From Gemmatimonadota bacterium (GTDB taxonomy: Bacteria; Gemmatimonadota; Gemmatimonadetes; Gemmatimonadales; GWC2-71-9): a DNA stretch of 64,000 nucleotides. The stretch covers positions 3,544 through 67,543 of the forward strand of contig JBDGYA010000012.1 of the NCBI GenBank assembly GCA_039584325.1, written 5' to 3'. Numbering within the stretch: the first letter of the stretch is position 1; every line of letters starts with the position of its first letter. The notes under the pieces are model-generated. The model did no database searches and was not told the DNA's origin. It saw only the letters and a list, made by a program, of their open reading frames with translations. A program made the translations under genes and the position numbers. This document shows positions 1 to 8,983 of this stretch, one piece after another.

Positions 1-476
1 GCTCCGGGAGCCAGCGGACGCCCCGCGATGGGAAGGCACCCCTGCTCCCCCATCCGGTGACAGGTCGCCGGCAGTCCCTGCATGCAGGAGGGGCACCAGT
101 CGTCGGGACGAAAGCCGCGTACCGCGCACGACACGATCGGGTCGACGGCGACCCGCTGGCCGGGCACAACCGAACGTACGGCCGAGCCGACGGACCGTAC
201 GCGCGCGAGGATCTCATGTCCGAGCACGGCCGGGAACGATCCGAACGGCTCGAGAATCGGCGAGGTCTGGAAGGTCAGATTACCGATGTCCGTCCCGCAG
301 ATGCCGCCGGCAACCACGTCGAGCCCCACCCACCGCTCGTCTGGCGGATCGGGCGAGGGCACGCTGGCCAGACGCACGCCACTCGGCCGACCGAACACCG
401 CTGCATCGGAGATCGGGCCCAGGGTTCGGCCAAGCAGGTAGCGGGGCACCGACAGGTCAAAGGTGACGGCGCGCAT
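1..476 (-). CDS. Zn-dependent alcohol dehydrogenase (MDR) family protein, N-terminal part; the gene runs off the window start
   Basis: My own translation from ATG 476..474 gives MRAVTFDLSVPRYLL...GLDVVAGGICGTDIGN...PAVLGHEILARV...PSCMQGL. It has the GxCGTD and GHE zinc-ADH motifs. It is missing from the ORF track because there is no stop inside the window. Confidence 0.75.
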   Translation of the reverse strand, partial: MRAVTFDLSVPRYLLGRTLGPISDAAVFGRPSGVRLASVPSPDPPDERWVGLDVVAGGICGTDIGNLTFQTSPILEPFGSFPAVLGHEILARVRSVGSAVRSVVPGQRVAVDPIVSCAVRGFRPDDWCPSCMQGLPATCHRMGEQGCLPIAGRPLAPG

Positions 477-616
477 CAGGTTCACGTCATCTCTTCGTGT
501 GTCGCGGGAACGGGCAGGAGCGCAACTTCGGGTCGGACGGTGTCGGGGTCAAGGTGGCCGCCCGGCACGGCAGGGCGAGACACACTGCCGACCGCTCACG
601 GTGAGGAGGCGAGAGG

Positions 617-1741
617 ATGATCATCGGCGTACCACGCGAAACGCACCGACACGAGCATCGGGTCGGGCTCACCCCGCAAGCGGTGCGGCGGTTCGTGCGC
701 GGCGGCCACCAGGTCGTGGTGGAGCGGTCGGCGGGGCTCGCTGCTCGATTCACCGACCGGGAATACGAAGAGATCGGTGCGCAGATCGTGTACAGCAGCG
801 AGGAGGCGTACAAACGTGCCGACCTGGTGTGCAAAGTCGGCATTGTGTCAGCGGACGAGCTGGACCTGGTGAAACCGGGCCTCACCGTCGGCGCGTTCCT
901 CCATCTGGCCGTGGCACCGCGGGCGACGGTCCAGCGCCTTCGCGAGCTGAAGGTGACCGCGATCGGCTACGAGCTGATCCAGGATGCGGCGGGCGATCGG
1001 CCGATTCTCACGCCCTTCAGTGAGATGGCAGGTCAGATGGCCGTCTACCTCGCCGCCCACTACCTCCAGAACGAAGCCGCCGGTCGTGGCATCCTGCTCG
1101 GTAGCGTGCCCGGCATCGCCCCACCAACCGTGCTGATCCTCGGCGCGGGCATCGTCGGTCGCACGGCGGCTCGACGTGCCGCCGCCATCGGCGCCCACGT
1201 CATCGTGCTCGATGCGAACCTCGAGAAGCTGCGAGCAGTGAGTGGCGAGCTTTCGGGTCGCGTCGTGACCCAGCTGGTCTCCCCCGACCGCCTGGCGAGT
1301 TACACCTGCATCGCCGACGTTGTGATCGGCGCAGTCCTGATCCCGGGAGCTCGCGCGCCGTTCCTGGTCACCGAGGACATGGTCAGGGCCATGCGGCCGG
1401 GAAGCGTCATTCTGGACCTGTCGATCGACCAGGGTGGTTGTGTAGAGACGAGCCGACCGCGCACACCTGATACCCCCACGTTCGTGATCCACGACGTCGT
1501 GCACTACTGCGTTCCGAACATGACAGCAAACGTGGCCCGCACCGCATCGCGGGCACTGTCGGATGCACTCAAGGCACCGCTCACAGAGCTGGTGGACAAG
1601 GGCATCGCGCAGGCGCTACGGGACAACCCCGGACTCATCGCCGGCACGTATCTCTTCCGAGGCGACGTCGTGCACGGTCCGCTGGCCTCCGCACACGACC
1701 TGCCCGTGTCGCCACTCGCACAACTGCTGGCCGCAGAGTGA
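617..1741 (+). CDS. ald: alanine dehydrogenase
   Basis: 374-aa ORF with ATG 617 preceded by GAGGAGG. The N-terminus MIIGVPRETHRHEHRVGLTP, the Rossmann motif LILGAGIVGRTAA and the length all fit the AlaDH/PNT family. Confidence 0.85.
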   Translation: MIIGVPRETHRHEHRVGLTPQAVRRFVRGGHQVVVERSAGLAARFTDREYEEIGAQIVYSSEEAYKRADLVCKVGIVSADELDLVKPGLTVGAFLHLAVAPRATVQRLRELKVTAIGYELIQDAAGDRPILTPFSEMAGQMAVYLAAHYLQNEAAGRGILLGSVPGIAPPTVLILGAGIVGRTAARRAAAIGAHVIVLDANLEKLRAVSGELSGRVVTQLVSPDRLASYTCIADVVIGAVLIPGARAPFLVTEDMVRAMRPGSVILDLSIDQGGCVETSRPRTPDTPTFVIHDVVHYCVPNMTANVARTASRALSDALKAPLTELVDKGIAQALRDNPGLIAGTYLFRGDVVHGPLASAHDLPVSPLAQLLAAE

Positions 1742-1753
1742 GGACGCAGAGTC

Positions 1754-3052
1754 ATGAACTGGCTCGACGACTATAGATCGAAGCTCCGCACGCCGGGCGA
1801 GGGGGTGCGGTTGGTGAAGAGCGGAGACCGCGTGTACTACGGCGGCAACGCCGCGATCCCCCAGACCCTCGTTCGAGCGCTGGCGGAGCGTCGCGACGAG
1901 CTGGAACAGGTCCAGCTCAACCACGTGCTGCTCCTGGGAGACGATCCGCTGTCCGCCCCGGGCATGGAAGGGCATTTCCGGCACAACTCCCTATTCGTGG
2001 GCCCGGCAGACCGCAAGGCGGTCAACGACGGGCGGGCCGACTACGTGCCGATCTTCCTGCACCACATCCCCCGCCTGTTTCGGCAAGGCATCGTTCCGCT
2101 CGACGTCGCGATGGTCCAGGTTTCCCCGCCGGACGAGCACGGATTCATGAGTCTCGGCGTTGAGGTGTTGGCGTCCCTCGCGGCATGCCAGACCGCCACG
2201 ACCGTCATCGCCCAGGTCAATGAGCAGATGCCGCGTGTCCTGGGCGATGCGTTCCTTCACGCAAGTCGCGTCGATGCATTCGTGGAAGCAACGGAGCCGT
2301 TACCGGAGCTGGCGACGAAACCTGCGACGGCCGTCGAGCAGGCCATCGCCTCGCACGTACTCCCGTTGATCACGCCCGGATGCACCGTGCAAATGGGCAT
2401 CGGTGGCATCCCAGACTCCGTGTACGAGAGCATGGAAGGTGCGATGGAGCTCGGGATCCACACGGAGATGATCTCCGACGGTGCGATGCGCGCCATCGAG
2501 CGGGGCGTGGTCTCGGGCATGCACAAGACGCTCCACCCGGGAAAGGTGGTTTGCACGTTCGCCCTCGGCAGCTCCCAGCTGTACGACTATCTCGACAACA
2601 ACCCGTTGATCGAGGCTCACCCGGTGAGTCACGTCAACGACCCGATCGTCGCGTCGCAGAACGAGAATCTCGTGGCGCTGAACTCCGCTATCGAGCTGGA
2701 CCTGACGGGACAGGTGTGCTCCGATTCGATAGGCCCGTACATCTACTCCGGCTTCGGCGGACAGGTGGATTTCATCCGTGCCGCCGCACACTCGAAGGGC
2801 GGGCGGCCGATCATCGCGCTGCCATCCACCGCCAGAGGCGGGACCATGTCGCGGATCGTGCCGTTTCTCAAGGAAGGAGCCGGAGTTGTCACCAGCCGTG
2901 CCGACGTGCACTATGTCGTGACCGAGCACGGTGCGGTGAATCTCTTCGGCAAAAACCTCCGAGAGCGTGCGGAGTTGCTGATACAAATCGCTGACCCCGC
3001 GTTTCAGGACGAGCTCGAGCGAGCGGCCAAGGAACGCAAGCTGCTCCCGTGA
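1754..3052 (+). CDS. acetyl-CoA hydrolase/transferase family protein (4-hydroxybutyrate CoA-transferase-like)
   Basis: 432-aa ORF. The length and segments such as ...VQMGIGGIPDSV..., ...EMISDG... and ...SGFGGQVDFIRAA... are typical of this CoA-transferase family. Confidence 0.8.
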   Translation: MNWLDDYRSKLRTPGEGVRLVKSGDRVYYGGNAAIPQTLVRALAERRDELEQVQLNHVLLLGDDPLSAPGMEGHFRHNSLFVGPADRKAVNDGRADYVPIFLHHIPRLFRQGIVPLDVAMVQVSPPDEHGFMSLGVEVLASLAACQTATTVIAQVNEQMPRVLGDAFLHASRVDAFVEATEPLPELATKPATAVEQAIASHVLPLITPGCTVQMGIGGIPDSVYESMEGAMELGIHTEMISDGAMRAIERGVVSGMHKTLHPGKVVCTFALGSSQLYDYLDNNPLIEAHPVSHVNDPIVASQNENLVALNSAIELDLTGQVCSDSIGPYIYSGFGGQVDFIRAAAHSKGGRPIIALPSTARGGTMSRIVPFLKEGAGVVTSRADVHYVVTEHGAVNLFGKNLRERAELLIQIADPAFQDELERAAKERKLLP

Positions 3053-3083
3053 CGTGCGGGTGCGGGGAACGTCTGGAGGAATC

Positions 3084-4040
3084 GTGAAGCGAACCCTGGT
3101 GACGGGAGCCCTGGGGCAGATCGGCTCCGAGCTCGTCCCCGCACTGCGGGAGCGGTACGGAGTCGACAACGTGATCGCATCGGATATCCGCCTCGCCCCA
3201 GCGGGCGTCGACATCGAGGGGCCGTTCCAGCTGCTCGACTGCACGTCGCAGCGTCAGATCCAGGAAGCGGTGCGACGGCACGAAATCGACACCGTCTATC
3301 ACCTCGCAGCCCTGCTTTCTGCCGTAGCCGAGCAGAAGCCACAGGTAGCATGGAACGTCAACATGGGTGGCCTGTACCGCGTCCTCGAGGTCGCGCGTGA
3401 GAACACCTGCGCGGTCTTCGTACCAAGCTCGATCGGTGCGTTCGGGCCGACCACACCGACCGACCACACCCCGCAGGATACGATCCAGCGTCCCACCAGC
3501 ATGTACGGCGTCACAAAAGCCGCCGGCGAGCTGCTGTGCGACTATTACCACCAGCGGTTCGGCGTCGACACCCGGGGCGTCCGCTATCCCGGCATCATCT
3601 CCCACGTGGCGCCTCCGGGCGGTGGCACCACGGACTACGCGGTCGAGATCTTCTACGAGGCTATCCGGCACGGCCGCTACACCTGTTTCCTGAGTGCCGA
3701 AACACGACTCGACATGATGTACATGCCGGATGCGGTGCGGGCAGCGATCACCGTGATGGAGGCCGATCCGGGCCGGCTCGTACACCGTAACGCGTTCAAC
3801 GTCACGGCGATGAACTTCACCCCGGAGGAGCTGGCCGCGGCAATCCAGCGGCACGTCACCGGATTCACGATCGGCTACGACGTCGATCCCGTCCGCCAGG
3901 CCATTGCCGATTCGTGGCCCGATTCCATCGATGACTCGGCGGCGCGCGAGGAGTGGGGTTGGCGCCCGACCTTTGGCCTGGAGGAGCTGACGAGCGACAT
4001 GCTGGCACAGCTGGGCAGGAAGCTGGGACGTTCGGCATAG
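3084..4040 (+). CDS. L-threonine 3-dehydrogenase, short-chain (UDP-galactose-4-epimerase-like) type
   Basis: I moved the start to GTG 3084, which follows GGAGGA. The translation VKRTLVTGALGQIGSEL...YHLAALLSA...YGVTK...PGGGTTDYAV...RQAIADSWPDSIDDSAAREEWGW matches the SDR-type TDH family. Confidence 0.8.
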   Translation: MKRTLVTGALGQIGSELVPALRERYGVDNVIASDIRLAPAGVDIEGPFQLLDCTSQRQIQEAVRRHEIDTVYHLAALLSAVAEQKPQVAWNVNMGGLYRVLEVARENTCAVFVPSSIGAFGPTTPTDHTPQDTIQRPTSMYGVTKAAGELLCDYYHQRFGVDTRGVRYPGIISHVAPPGGGTTDYAVEIFYEAIRHGRYTCFLSAETRLDMMYMPDAVRAAITVMEADPGRLVHRNAFNVTAMNFTPEELAAAIQRHVTGFTIGYDVDPVRQAIADSWPDSIDDSAAREEWGWRPTFGLEELTSDMLAQLGRKLGRSA

Positions 4041-4091
4041 CGCGAGGCCGGCTGTGGTGGTTCGACGTCACACCTGGCCCGGCGCCCGGGG

Positions 4092-7000
4092 TCAGAACCA
4101 GCCGGATTGTTTCGTGAGGTCCTCGGACTCCAGTTCCATGATTGGGGAGGCGCCCGGTTTGAGAATGACACCCTCGTTGGTCTTGCCATTCATGGTCACG
4201 ATCAGCGGCTGGTCGAAACGGAGATGGCGTACCGTCTCCGTCTCCTTCATCGCTGGCTGCTTCGCGAGCCAGCTCCAGTTGACCGCCCCCTCTCCAACAT
4301 CCTCGTTGACGGTGAAGTAGCCGACGTTGCTCGACGTCAGATTCTGGAAGAAGTGCGTTCCCTGCGACGGCGTCACACGAATGTCCTTGAAGCCCGCCTC
4401 GACGATGACCCGCACACCGGCGATCTGATCCCAAGTGACCGGAATGCCCAGCCACGGGTCGGCAGAACCCCAGCGCCCGACCCCGATCAGCAGGTAGGGG
4501 ACGTCGCGTGCCTTCAGCTCCGCGTTGAAGTGCGCCACGTCGCGGGCGGCCTCCTGACTCGCCGACCGATCGAAGCGTTCGTAGTCGATCATCACGATGT
4601 CGCGGATGTCCTCCAGCCGCCCGTGCCCGAGCACACAGGAGCTCTCGACGAGGACGTCCGGCGGCCGCACGACCCCCATGTCCAGTTCCTCGAACTCCCT
4701 CGTGAGGGCGAGCGGGCGCATCTGGAGAAAGCCAAACTCCTTCGGCGCCCCAGGCCGGGTCGCCAGATTCACGGCGAACTCGATCTCGACCGGAGCACTC
4801 GTTCCCTCCTCCCCGATCTCCAGCAGGAAATCGAGGATCTCGGCCAGGGGAAAGAGCCCGTGCTTGAGCACCGGCGCGAAGCTTACCAGGCGAACGCCCG
4901 GGCGGGCGAGGCCATCGTAGACCGCGTCGTTCTCGGGGGAGTACGTCGATCCCACGCTCTGCAGGGTGCCGTGTGCTTCGGCCGCGTCGAGGGAGCAGTG
5001 CGTCAACCGGGACGTCTGGCCTTCGAACGAACCTTCCGTGGTGCCGTCCATCGAGATCGCCCAGAACTCCCGCTGTGAGTACTTGAGATAGTCCTGGACG
5101 GATGAGAACTGCAGGACGTGACGCGGATACTTTGGCGAGAAGCGCAGGCATCGCTCGCCGCTCACCACCGTGCGTCCAAGCCCGAGGGCCACAGCCGCAA
5201 TGCCATCCGCCGATTCAGCCGGCGGGCTGGGGTAGAAGTTGTGGGATCGCGCAACGCCGGCGAAATCGGGATAGAACAGGTTCCCGTGTGGGGCACCCAC
5301 GACTTGCTGGATCACCACCCCCATCTTCTCCTCCTCCAAGCGATACGGCGTCGCGTCCAAGTACGCTTTGGCATGCGAGGAGAAGGTGGAGGCGTAGACC
5401 CGCTTCACCGCCGCTACCAGCTGCGCGAGTGCCACGTCCTCGTCCATGTGGTTGTTGGGCAGCATGAACGTCTGGTAGATGCCGGCGAACGGCTGGTATT
5501 GATTGTCTTCCAGGAGGCTCGAGGAGCGCACTGCCAGGGGCCGGCGCACCAGCCGAAGGAAGGCGGCCAAGTCGCGCCGGGCACTCTCCGGGAACCGGGC
5601 GGTCAGGAATCTGGCGAGGATCTTCTCGTCGTCCTGACACTCGATGGCAAAGTCGCGCAGCCGGTTCCGGTCCAGGAAATCGTCGAACAGGTCGGTGCCC
5701 AGCACGGTCGAGGTGGGGACTGCGACGCGCACGCCGGGGAAGCGCGCCGGCAGGTCGTAGCCCTTTAACAGATAGTTGACGAACGCCAGGCCCCGCGCCT
5801 TGCCTCCCATCGAGCCAGATCCGATGCGCGTGAACGGAACCCAGCCGTCGAACCGGTCCCGGTCGAAGTCGACGACCACACCGAGGTTCTGCCTCCGTCG
5901 ATAGTCCTCGATGGAGCGGATCAGATACAGCCGCAGCTCCTCGACGCTCCCGAAGTCGGACAGCCGCCGCGGGCGTAGCTCCTCGGCCAACGCGAACTCC
6001 GTCCGCGTCTTCAGCCACCGCGAGAAGTGGTTTCCCGAGGCATGATACGCCACCGATTCCTCCGGCACCACGCGCAGTCTCTCGACCAGCGTTTGGAGGT
6101 CGTGGGCCCGGTCCACCTCCGTCCCGTCCGGCAGGCGGAAGACGAAGTCGCCGAAACCGAAGCCGTGCGCCATGAAGTCCCGGAGATCATGCAGCAGCAC
6201 CGGCGAGTCCTTGAGGAGGAAGGAGGCCCCGGCCAGGCGCGCCAGCTGCTCGTTCTCGGGCCGACCGGACTGCAGCATGATGGGGATGTCGTGCCGCAGC
6301 GCACGGACCTGCCTGGCGAGCTCCACGCCCGCTACGACATCGAGCTGACCGGCCCGGGGAAACTCGATGTCGGAGATGACACCGAGAATCTCGTCGGTGT
6401 ACTGCTCGATGTAGCCCCAGGCCTCTTCGTATGTCTCGCACAGGAGGATCTTCGGCCGCGCCCTGATGCGCATGAGCTTGTGGGCCATGTTCAGCCCTTC
6501 CGGCATCAGGTTGTGCGCGTGGTGCATCAGCTCGCTGTAGATCACCGGCAGAAACGAGGAGTAGTAGCGGACGTTGTCCTCCACCACGATGATCGCCGGG
6601 ACGCCAGCCTCACCGGTATCGTGCGGGAGATTCCGGAGATCCTCGATGTACTTGACGATCGCGAGGAGGATCTTGACATCCCCCTGCCACAGGAACACGC
6701 GCTCCACGCTCGACAGATCGTTCCCCACCACGAAGTCGCTGAGCTCACGCGCGTCGTAGGCCAGCACGACGATCGGGACATCGAGCCCGCTCCCCCGCAC
6801 ACGATCCGCCAGTTCGAGGACCGACATGTCACCCACGTGCAGGCTCGAAATGATCAAGTCGACCCGGCGCTGGTCCGTGAGATGCTTCAGCGCCTCCTGT
6901 CCGGAGGAGACGTGCGTGAGTTCCGGGCTGTGCCGCAGATTGAGGTCGAGAAACTCGGTCAGCACCAACTCGCCGAGGTTGCCGTCTTCGGCCAGGATGA

Positions 7001-7124
7001 AGGAATCGTAGAGGCTGGTGACCAAGAGCGCGTTTTGGACGTGGTACGACATGAGGTGCTGATACCGGCTCGACCGGTGCACCTCATCGGTTCCCCTCTT
7101 GTCCGTGCCTTCGGGTGGGCTCAT
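4092..7124 (-). CDS. two receiver domains fused to a PPDK/PEP-synthase-type N-terminal ATP-grasp (PEP/pyruvate-binding) domain
   Basis: 1010-aa ORF. The first receiver is degenerate (VDLIISSLHVGDMS, with Ser where the acceptor Asp is expected). The second is canonical (AIIVVEDN...GVISDIEFP...IMLQSG...FLLKDSP). It is followed by PPDK_N-like GSGSMGGKARGLAF...AVRSSSLLEDN. I saw no TSHAA-type phosphohistidine motif. Confidence 0.8.
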   Translation of the reverse strand: MSPPEGTDKRGTDEVHRSSRYQHLMSYHVQNALLVTSLYDSFILAEDGNLGELVLTEFLDLNLRHSPELTHVSSGQEALKHLTDQRRVDLIISSLHVGDMSVLELADRVRGSGLDVPIVVLAYDARELSDFVVGNDLSSVERVFLWQGDVKILLAIVKYIEDLRNLPHDTGEAGVPAIIVVEDNVRYYSSFLPVIYSELMHHAHNLMPEGLNMAHKLMRIRARPKILLCETYEEAWGYIEQYTDEILGVISDIEFPRAGQLDVVAGVELARQVRALRHDIPIMLQSGRPENEQLARLAGASFLLKDSPVLLHDLRDFMAHGFGFGDFVFRLPDGTEVDRAHDLQTLVERLRVVPEESVAYHASGNHFSRWLKTRTEFALAEELRPRRLSDFGSVEELRLYLIRSIEDYRRRQNLGVVVDFDRDRFDGWVPFTRIGSGSMGGKARGLAFVNYLLKGYDLPARFPGVRVAVPTSTVLGTDLFDDFLDRNRLRDFAIECQDDEKILARFLTARFPESARRDLAAFLRLVRRPLAVRSSSLLEDNQYQPFAGIYQTFMLPNNHMDEDVALAQLVAAVKRVYASTFSSHAKAYLDATPYRLEEEKMGVVIQQVVGAPHGNLFYPDFAGVARSHNFYPSPPAESADGIAAVALGLGRTVVSGERCLRFSPKYPRHVLQFSSVQDYLKYSQREFWAISMDGTTEGSFEGQTSRLTHCSLDAAEAHGTLQSVGSTYSPENDAVYDGLARPGVRLVSFAPVLKHGLFPLAEILDFLLEIGEEGTSAPVEIEFAVNLATRPGAPKEFGFLQMRPLALTREFEELDMGVVRPPDVLVESSCVLGHGRLEDIRDIVMIDYERFDRSASQEAARDVAHFNAELKARDVPYLLIGVGRWGSADPWLGIPVTWDQIAGVRVIVEAGFKDIRVTPSQGTHFFQNLTSSNVGYFTVNEDVGEGAVNWSWLAKQPAMKETETVRHLRFDQPLIVTMNGKTNEGVILKPGASPIMELESEDLTKQSGWF

Positions 7125-7151
7125 CGGGATCTCCCTGCCGTCGCGGAAGGC

Positions 7152-7179
7152 GGCGGGGAGGAGTGGCCTCCTCCCCGCC
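7152..7179 (-). terminator. hairpin downstream of gdhA
   Basis: Perfect 12-bp stem GGCGGGGAGGAG / CTCCTCCCCGCC with a 4-nt loop, about 78 nt after the gdhA stop. The downstream T-run is only TT. Confidence 0.5.
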
Positions 7180-7256
7180 TCACCAACATCCGCCTACCTA
7201 CAGGGAAATCCAGTCGCGCCGCTCCGTCAACTGGGCAGCGGCTTCTGATCCCTCGC

Positions 7257-8615
7257 CTAGACCACGCCCTGATCCAGCATCGAGTCGGCCACCTTGAGGA
7301 ACCCCGCGATGTTCGCGCCGATAACGTAGTTCCCCTTCTTGCCGAATCGATCCGCTGTCTCCACGCAGGCTTGGTGGATGGACCGCATGATGAGGCGCAG
7401 CCGGTCGTCCACCTCGGTCCGTGTCCACCCGTAACGCATGCTGTTCTGTGCCATCTCGAGGCCGGACACGGCGACGCCGCCCGCGTTGGCGGCCTTCCCC
7501 GGACCGTACAGGATGCCCCGGTCTACGAACAGGTCTACACCCTCGGGCACCGTCGGCATGTTGGCACCCTCGGAGACCACGTACACCCCGTTGTCGAGCA
7601 GGTGCTTGGCGTCCTGGGCGTTGATCTCGTTCTGCGTCGCCGACGGGAACGCGCAGTCCGCCTTGTAGTTCCATAGCGGATTGTGATCCTGGTCGGACAC
7701 CTCCGTGTACTCCGCATCCTTGAACTTGTCCGCGTACTCGTGGATGCGACCGCGCCGCATGTTCTTCAGGTCCATGACGAACTCAAGCTTCTGCCTGTCG
7801 ATTCCGGCGGGGTCGTAGATGTAGCCCGACGAGTCGGACAGCGTGACCGGCTTCGCCCCGAGCTCGATGAGCTTTTCGCTCGTGAACTGCGCCACGTTAC
7901 CGCTGCCGGAGACGAGGCATGTCTTGCCTTCGAGGGTCTCGCCGCGGGTTGCCAGCATGTCCGCTGCGAAGTACACCGCCCCGTACCCGGTGGCCTCGGG
8001 ACGGATGAGTGACCCGCCCCAGGCGAGGCCCTTCCCCGTCAGGACGCCGGTGAACTCATTGCGGATCCGCTTGTACTGCCCGAAGAGAAAGCCGACCTCA
8101 CGGCCGCCGACCCCGATGTCACCCGCCGGGACGTCCGTATTGGGACCGATGTGCCGGAACAGCTCGGTCATGAAGCTCTGGCAGAACCGCATGACCTCGC
8201 CATCGCTCTTTCCTTTGGGATCGAAATCCGAACCACCCTTCCCTCCACCCATTGGGAGCGTCGTAAGCGCGTTCTTGAAGACTTGTTCGAACGCCAGGAA
8301 CTTCAGGATGCCGAGGTTGACGGACGGATGGAACCGCAGACCGCCTTTGTACGGTCCGATTGCGCTGTTCGCCTCAATACGGAAGCCCCGGTTCACATGC
8401 ACTTCGCCGGCGTCGTCCACCCAGGGGACGCGGAACAGGATGATCCGCTCCGGTTCGATGATCCGCTCGAGGATCTTGGCTGACTGGTACTCAGGATGTC
8501 GATCGGAGACCAACTGGACCGACTCGGCGACCTCTTGTACCGCCTGGTGAAACTCCGGTTCCGCCGGGTTCTTCGCCTTCACGCTCGACATCAATTGCGC
8601 GACGTAGTCGCTCAT
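7257..8615 (-). CDS. gdhA: NADP-specific glutamate dehydrogenase
   Basis: 452-aa ORF with ATG 8615 preceded by GGAGGG. The translation ...NPAEPEFHQAVQEV...PYKGGLRFHPSVN...PMGGGKGGSDFDPKGKS... is diagnostic for hexameric GDH. Confidence 0.92.
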   Translation of the reverse strand: MSDYVAQLMSSVKAKNPAEPEFHQAVQEVAESVQLVSDRHPEYQSAKILERIIEPERIILFRVPWVDDAGEVHVNRGFRIEANSAIGPYKGGLRFHPSVNLGILKFLAFEQVFKNALTTLPMGGGKGGSDFDPKGKSDGEVMRFCQSFMTELFRHIGPNTDVPAGDIGVGGREVGFLFGQYKRIRNEFTGVLTGKGLAWGGSLIRPEATGYGAVYFAADMLATRGETLEGKTCLVSGSGNVAQFTSEKLIELGAKPVTLSDSSGYIYDPAGIDRQKLEFVMDLKNMRRGRIHEYADKFKDAEYTEVSDQDHNPLWNYKADCAFPSATQNEINAQDAKHLLDNGVYVVSEGANMPTVPEGVDLFVDRGILYGPGKAANAGGVAVSGLEMAQNSMRYGWTRTEVDDRLRLIMRSIHQACVETADRFGKKGNYVIGANIAGFLKVADSMLDQGVV

Positions 8616-8983
8616 GAGGATCCCTCCACACGCCAGGTTACGGTTCGAAAGTCAATTGGAAGCGATAAGGAGGGGGACCACCCGCACGACCCGATGGCCT
8701 CGGGGGCGTGAGGCCTCTTCCTGCTCCCGCCGCTGGTCCTCGGGGTATTCCACAGCTATGCCGCCATCCCGTCCACCCTCGTGTCCACCCGCTTCCCGTC
8801 AGGGACCTCGTGTCGTGAGGCCACACCACGGAGTGTGCGCCCAGCCATCCGACCGAACCCGAGGCCGCACGTCGCTCCCGAGCGGCGGCGCGTTCCAGCA
8901 GCGACCACCGCAATGAATTCGGAGCGACACCAACATGTAGCAGCAGATCCGTGATACGATGATGAAGCGACTTTAAGGATTCC

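Noticed and set aside
3865-5151. 428-aa minus-strand ORF
   Set aside because: It is an alternate frame of the receiver / PPDK_N gene and overlaps the tdh 3' end. Its composition is extremely rich in Arg, Gly and Pro, and it has no motifs.
6027-7676. 549-aa plus-strand ORF in the track
   Set aside because: It is antisense to the receiver / PPDK_N gene and to gdhA, both of which have strong motif support. The translation is R/H/V/D-rich with no motifs, which is typical of a high-GC shadow ORF.
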